DNA of 64,000 bases from Nannocystis bainbridge (GTDB lineage Bacteria > Myxococcota_A > Polyangia > Nannocystales > Nannocystaceae), in contig NZ_JAQNDL010000001.1 of NCBI RefSeq assembly GCF_028368995.1, positions 3,872,001 through 3,936,000 on the forward strand, written 5' to 3'. The notes beneath the pieces were generated by a model. That model was not told the DNA's origin, did no database searches, and saw nothing but the letters and a program-made list of their open reading frames with translations. Position 1 is the stretch's first letter, and every line of letters begins with the position of its first letter. Positions 61,142 to 64,000 of this stretch are shown here, in pieces. Both the position numbers and the translations under genes were made by a program.

Positions 61142-63144
61142 CGCGACCTCCGCGAAGCTGGCGCCGGGGACATGTCCCTTCGGCCATCTAGCGCCGAATT
61201 CACGCTCTTGCGGGCCCCTGCAGCAGATGGCGCCGGGGACATGTTCTTCGGGTCAGCCGCCTTGCCGCTGGTCGGCGGCGGCGGCAGCAGCGGCGGCTTG
61301 CCGCGCTCGTGGGTGGCGCGCTCGACCTCGAGGTTGCGCAGCAGCAGCGACGGGCTGACGGCCGACACCGGCACATCGCCCGACTCCGCGCCGCACATCC
61401 CGTTGAAGATCCCCGGCGTGTCGCCGGTCGCCGCGATCGTCTCGAACGCCGCCAGCGGCGTCCCGACGATGTCGACCCCGCGGACCAGCTCGTCGGGGCG
61501 GCCGTCGGCCCAGATCCGGTAGACCAGCAGCGGCATCACCTTGAACGCCTGCGGGCCCGAGCGCTCGGTCGTGGTGTAGCCGCCCTGGATGTCGGAGAAC
61601 CACAGCCCGTACGGCTTGCCCTGCCGCTTGACCTCGTCGATGAGCGCGCGGCGGAGCTCCTTGTCGGGGATCGTCTTGCGGCTGGTGACGATCAGGTTGC
61701 CCTGGCGGGCCACCGCCTGGTACCCGCGCTCGCGCCGGCCGTGGCCGTTGCTCTTCGTGAACGGCAGCACCGGCGAGCGACCGAGCAGGAACGTGCGCAG
61801 CTTGCCGCGCTCGACCAGCACCACCCGCTCGGCCGGCACCCCCTCGTCGTCGACGTGGTAGTGGCCCGACAGCGGCACGCCGCCGAGCGTCTCGGCCGTG
61901 GGGTCGTCGACCATGTCCAAAAAGACAGGCAGCACCCGCTTGCCGATCATGTTGGCGAAGGTCTGACCCTCGAGGTCGTCCTTCTGCCGGTGGCCCTCGA
62001 GGCGGTGGCCGAAGATCTCGTGGAAGAACACCCCCGCCGCGCGGCCGGCCAGCACCGCCGGCCCGTTGTAGGGCTCGGCCAGCGGCGCCACCCGCAGCGC
62101 CAGCACCTCGTCGCGCAGGCGCTTGGCGGTGGCCACCAGCACCGACTGCGCCGGCATCTGCTCCGGGTCCATCGCCTCGAAGCTCTCGAAGCGGTCGAGC
62201 GTCATGCCGTCGTCGGCCTGGGCCTTGGCCTGCAGCATCAGGCGCAGGCGCACCTGCGAGCCCTGGATCCGCGTGTTCTCGCTGTTGACGTAGGCGCGGT
62301 TGTCGACCCACGCCAGGAACACCGCCTGGCTCTCGAGCACGTGCGGGTCGTCGGCCAGCGCCGCCGAGATCTCGCGCAGCCGCGGCTCCCACAGCTTGCC
62401 CAGCGCGGCGAGGTCGAGGCTGACCGGCGGCTCGGCGTGGATGTTCGGCTTCTCCTCGCTGAAGTCCGGCGACGGCGGCTTGTCCTCGGTCTGGCTCTTC
62501 AGCTGCTCGGCGCTCTCGGCCGCGCTGAAGGCCGCCAGCGCGTCCTTGTACTGCGCCTCGGTGTACTGCCAGAGCGCCTGCGACAGCGCCAGCGGATCGC
62601 TCTGCACCGACACGAACATGCCGCTGCCGAGCCCGTTGCCCGGCCCGTAGTTGGCGTCGCCCGGGTGGCTGTTGTCGAGCTGGCGCGTGCCGACGCGGAC
62701 GTCGACGTCGACCGTGCGGTCGGTGTCGGTCCGGTTGCGCACGATCTGCCCGTTCTGCGCCTCGAGCCACAGGTGGTCGCGGGCGATCAGGTCGTAGGCG
62801 AGGAAGTACGCCGGCACCTCCGCGCCCTCGCCCTGCAGCTGGGTCAGGTTCTTGAGTGTCTCTTGGGCCAGGAAATCAAGGACAGGTTCGGGCAGGCCCA
62901 CCGGGGCCCGCTTGCGCGTGATCGCGTGCTCGCGCGCCGCATCGCCGCCGACCTCCCACACGTCCGCCGCCGGCGACGTGGTCGCCTTGCGCGGCTGGCA
63001 GCTCACCAGCGTCAGCGCCCCGACCAGCGCGGCCAACCACGGGCGCGCCGTCAGGGCACCCGCGCTCGCGGCGTCTCGGCTCGCGCGCGAGAGCGCCGGG
63101 GTCGCCGCGGGTCTGGCCGACATCGGCCGCATGATAACCGACAT
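61138..63144 (-). CDS. TldD-family metallopeptidase, putative lipoprotein; start uncertain
   Basis: GVFFHEIFGHRLEG, DDEG, SNGHGR, GMCGAESG..PVS; LVSC lipobox. Confidence 0.87.
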   Translation of the reverse strand: MSVIMRPMSARPAATPALSRASRDAASAGALTARPWLAALVGALTLVSCQPRKATTSPAADVWEVGGDAAREHAITRKRAPVGLPEPVLDFLAQETLKNLTQLQGEGAEVPAYFLAYDLIARDHLWLEAQNGQIVRNRTDTDRTVDVDVRVGTRQLDNSHPGDANYGPGNGLGSGMFVSVQSDPLALSQALWQYTEAQYKDALAAFSAAESAEQLKSQTEDKPPSPDFSEEKPNIHAEPPVSLDLAALGKLWEPRLREISAALADDPHVLESQAVFLAWVDNRAYVNSENTRIQGSQVRLRLMLQAKAQADDGMTLDRFESFEAMDPEQMPAQSVLVATAKRLRDEVLALRVAPLAEPYNGPAVLAGRAAGVFFHEIFGHRLEGHRQKDDLEGQTFANMIGKRVLPVFLDMVDDPTAETLGGVPLSGHYHVDDEGVPAERVVLVERGKLRTFLLGRSPVLPFTKSNGHGRRERGYQAVARQGNLIVTSRKTIPDKELRRALIDEVKRQGKPYGLWFSDIQGGYTTTERSGPQAFKVMPLLVYRIWADGRPDELVRGVDIVGTPLAAFETIAATGDTPGIFNGMCGAESGDVPVSAVSPSLLLRNLEVERATHERGKPPLLPPPPTSGKAADPKNMSPAPSAAGARKSVNSALDGRRDMSPAPASRRSR

Positions 63145-63147
63145 TGG

Positions 63148-63468
63148 TCAGCGCCGCGGGAGCTCGATCCGCGGGCGCTTCGGATCTTCACGCGAACGGC
63201 GGCGGTAGAGCACGATCACGCGGCCGATCACCTGCACGGCGGCGCTGCCGGTCCCGGCGGCGAGCTCTTCGGCCGCTTCGACCCGCTCGCCGGGGAAGTT
63301 CTGGCCGAGCTTGACCTTGATGAGCTCGTGGTCCTCGAGCGCGATGCTCGTGGCGCGCACGACTTCGGGGGAGATCCCCTCTGCGCCGATCTGCACCACC
63401 GGGGCCAGGGGATGGGCGAGCGACTTGAGGAAGGCGCGGCTGCGGGCGCCGAGGACAGGGCGGTTCAC
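63148..63468 (-). CDS. yhbY: YhbY/CRM RNA-binding protein
   Basis: LKSLAHPL.PVVQIG..G, HELIKVK, QVIGRVIVLYR. Confidence 0.92.
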   Translation of the reverse strand: MNRPVLGARSRAFLKSLAHPLAPVVQIGAEGISPEVVRATSIALEDHELIKVKLGQNFPGERVEAAEELAAGTGSAAVQVIGRVIVLYRRRSREDPKRPRIELPRR

Positions 63469-63537
63469 GCGGCGGAGTGTACCCGTCGCACGCCCGCCGC
63501 GGCCCGGCTCACGCGTGCGCGCGGTCGCGCGCGCGAC

Positions 63538-64000
63538 TCACGCCCCCTGTCGCAGCCACACCAGGAATTCGCGGTTGCCGTCCTGGCCTTCGATCGGCGA
63601 GTCGCACAGGCCCATCTGGCGCAGGCCCAGCGCCTCGGCCGCGGCGACGACCGCGCGGCAGGCTTCGGCGTGGTCCTCGGCCGCGCGCACGATCCCGCCC
63701 TTGCCGACGCGCCCCGGGCCGAGCTCGAACTGCGGCTTGATCAGCGCCACGATGTCCGCGCGGGCCGCCAAGAACGGCAGCACCGACGGCAGCACCTTCG
63801 CCAGCGAGATGAACGAGCAGTCGGCCACCGCCAGGTCGGCCGGCTCCGGGATCGCCTCGCGGGCCAGCGTGCGGATGTTGCTGCGGTCGAGCACGGTCAC
63901 CCGCGGGTCGCTCGCCAGCTTCCACGCCAGCTGCCCGTAGCCGACATCGATCGCGTAGACCCGGGCCGCGCCGGCCTGCAGCAGGCAGTCGGTGAAGCCG
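63538..64000 (-). CDS. tlyA: TlyA family rRNA methyltransferase (5' truncated)
   Basis: [46 protein letters not shown]. Confidence 0.93.
   Translation of the reverse strand, partial: GFTDCLLQAGAARVYAIDVGYGQLAWKLASDPRVTVLDRSNIRTLAREAIPEPADLAVADCSFISLAKVLPSVLPFLAARADIVALIKPQFELGPGRVGKGGIVRAAEDHAEACRAVVAAAEALGLRQMGLCDSPIEGQDGNREFLVWLRQGA

Overview
A very GC-rich bacterial chromosome segment. Its gene content (DUF1552, MXAN_5808-type S41 protease, Myxococcus Cys-rich/DUF4215 lipoproteins, TIGR02270-vgrG, Ser/Thr kinases, PEGA protein) points to a myxobacterium, probably Nannocystis-like; the taxon is inferred. It holds about 49 CDS and one tRNA-Phe(GAA). Housekeeping genes include ruvX-mltG, bioD, cysS, moaB, aroA, rlmD-like, trmH-like, yhbY and a partial tlyA. 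Other content: boxC-boxB (aerobic benzoyl-CoA epoxidation), an orphan vgrG cassette, an apparently exported TldD/TldE pair, a GHKL-ATPase/transglutaminase fusion with a degenerate partner, and one frameshifted lipoprotein gene. The strongest unexplained signal is a highly iterated palindrome, TGTC-N6-GACA. I counted about 30 exact copies by eye, against roughly 0.4 expected at about 72% GC. It forms head-to-tail arrays with a strict 14-bp period (GACATGTC junctions) in convergent intergenic gaps. It is also written in-frame into many coding genes using rare codons. This suggests a chromosome-wide protein-binding or structural element that none of the annotated genes explains. All family calls come from motif recognition, not database searches.
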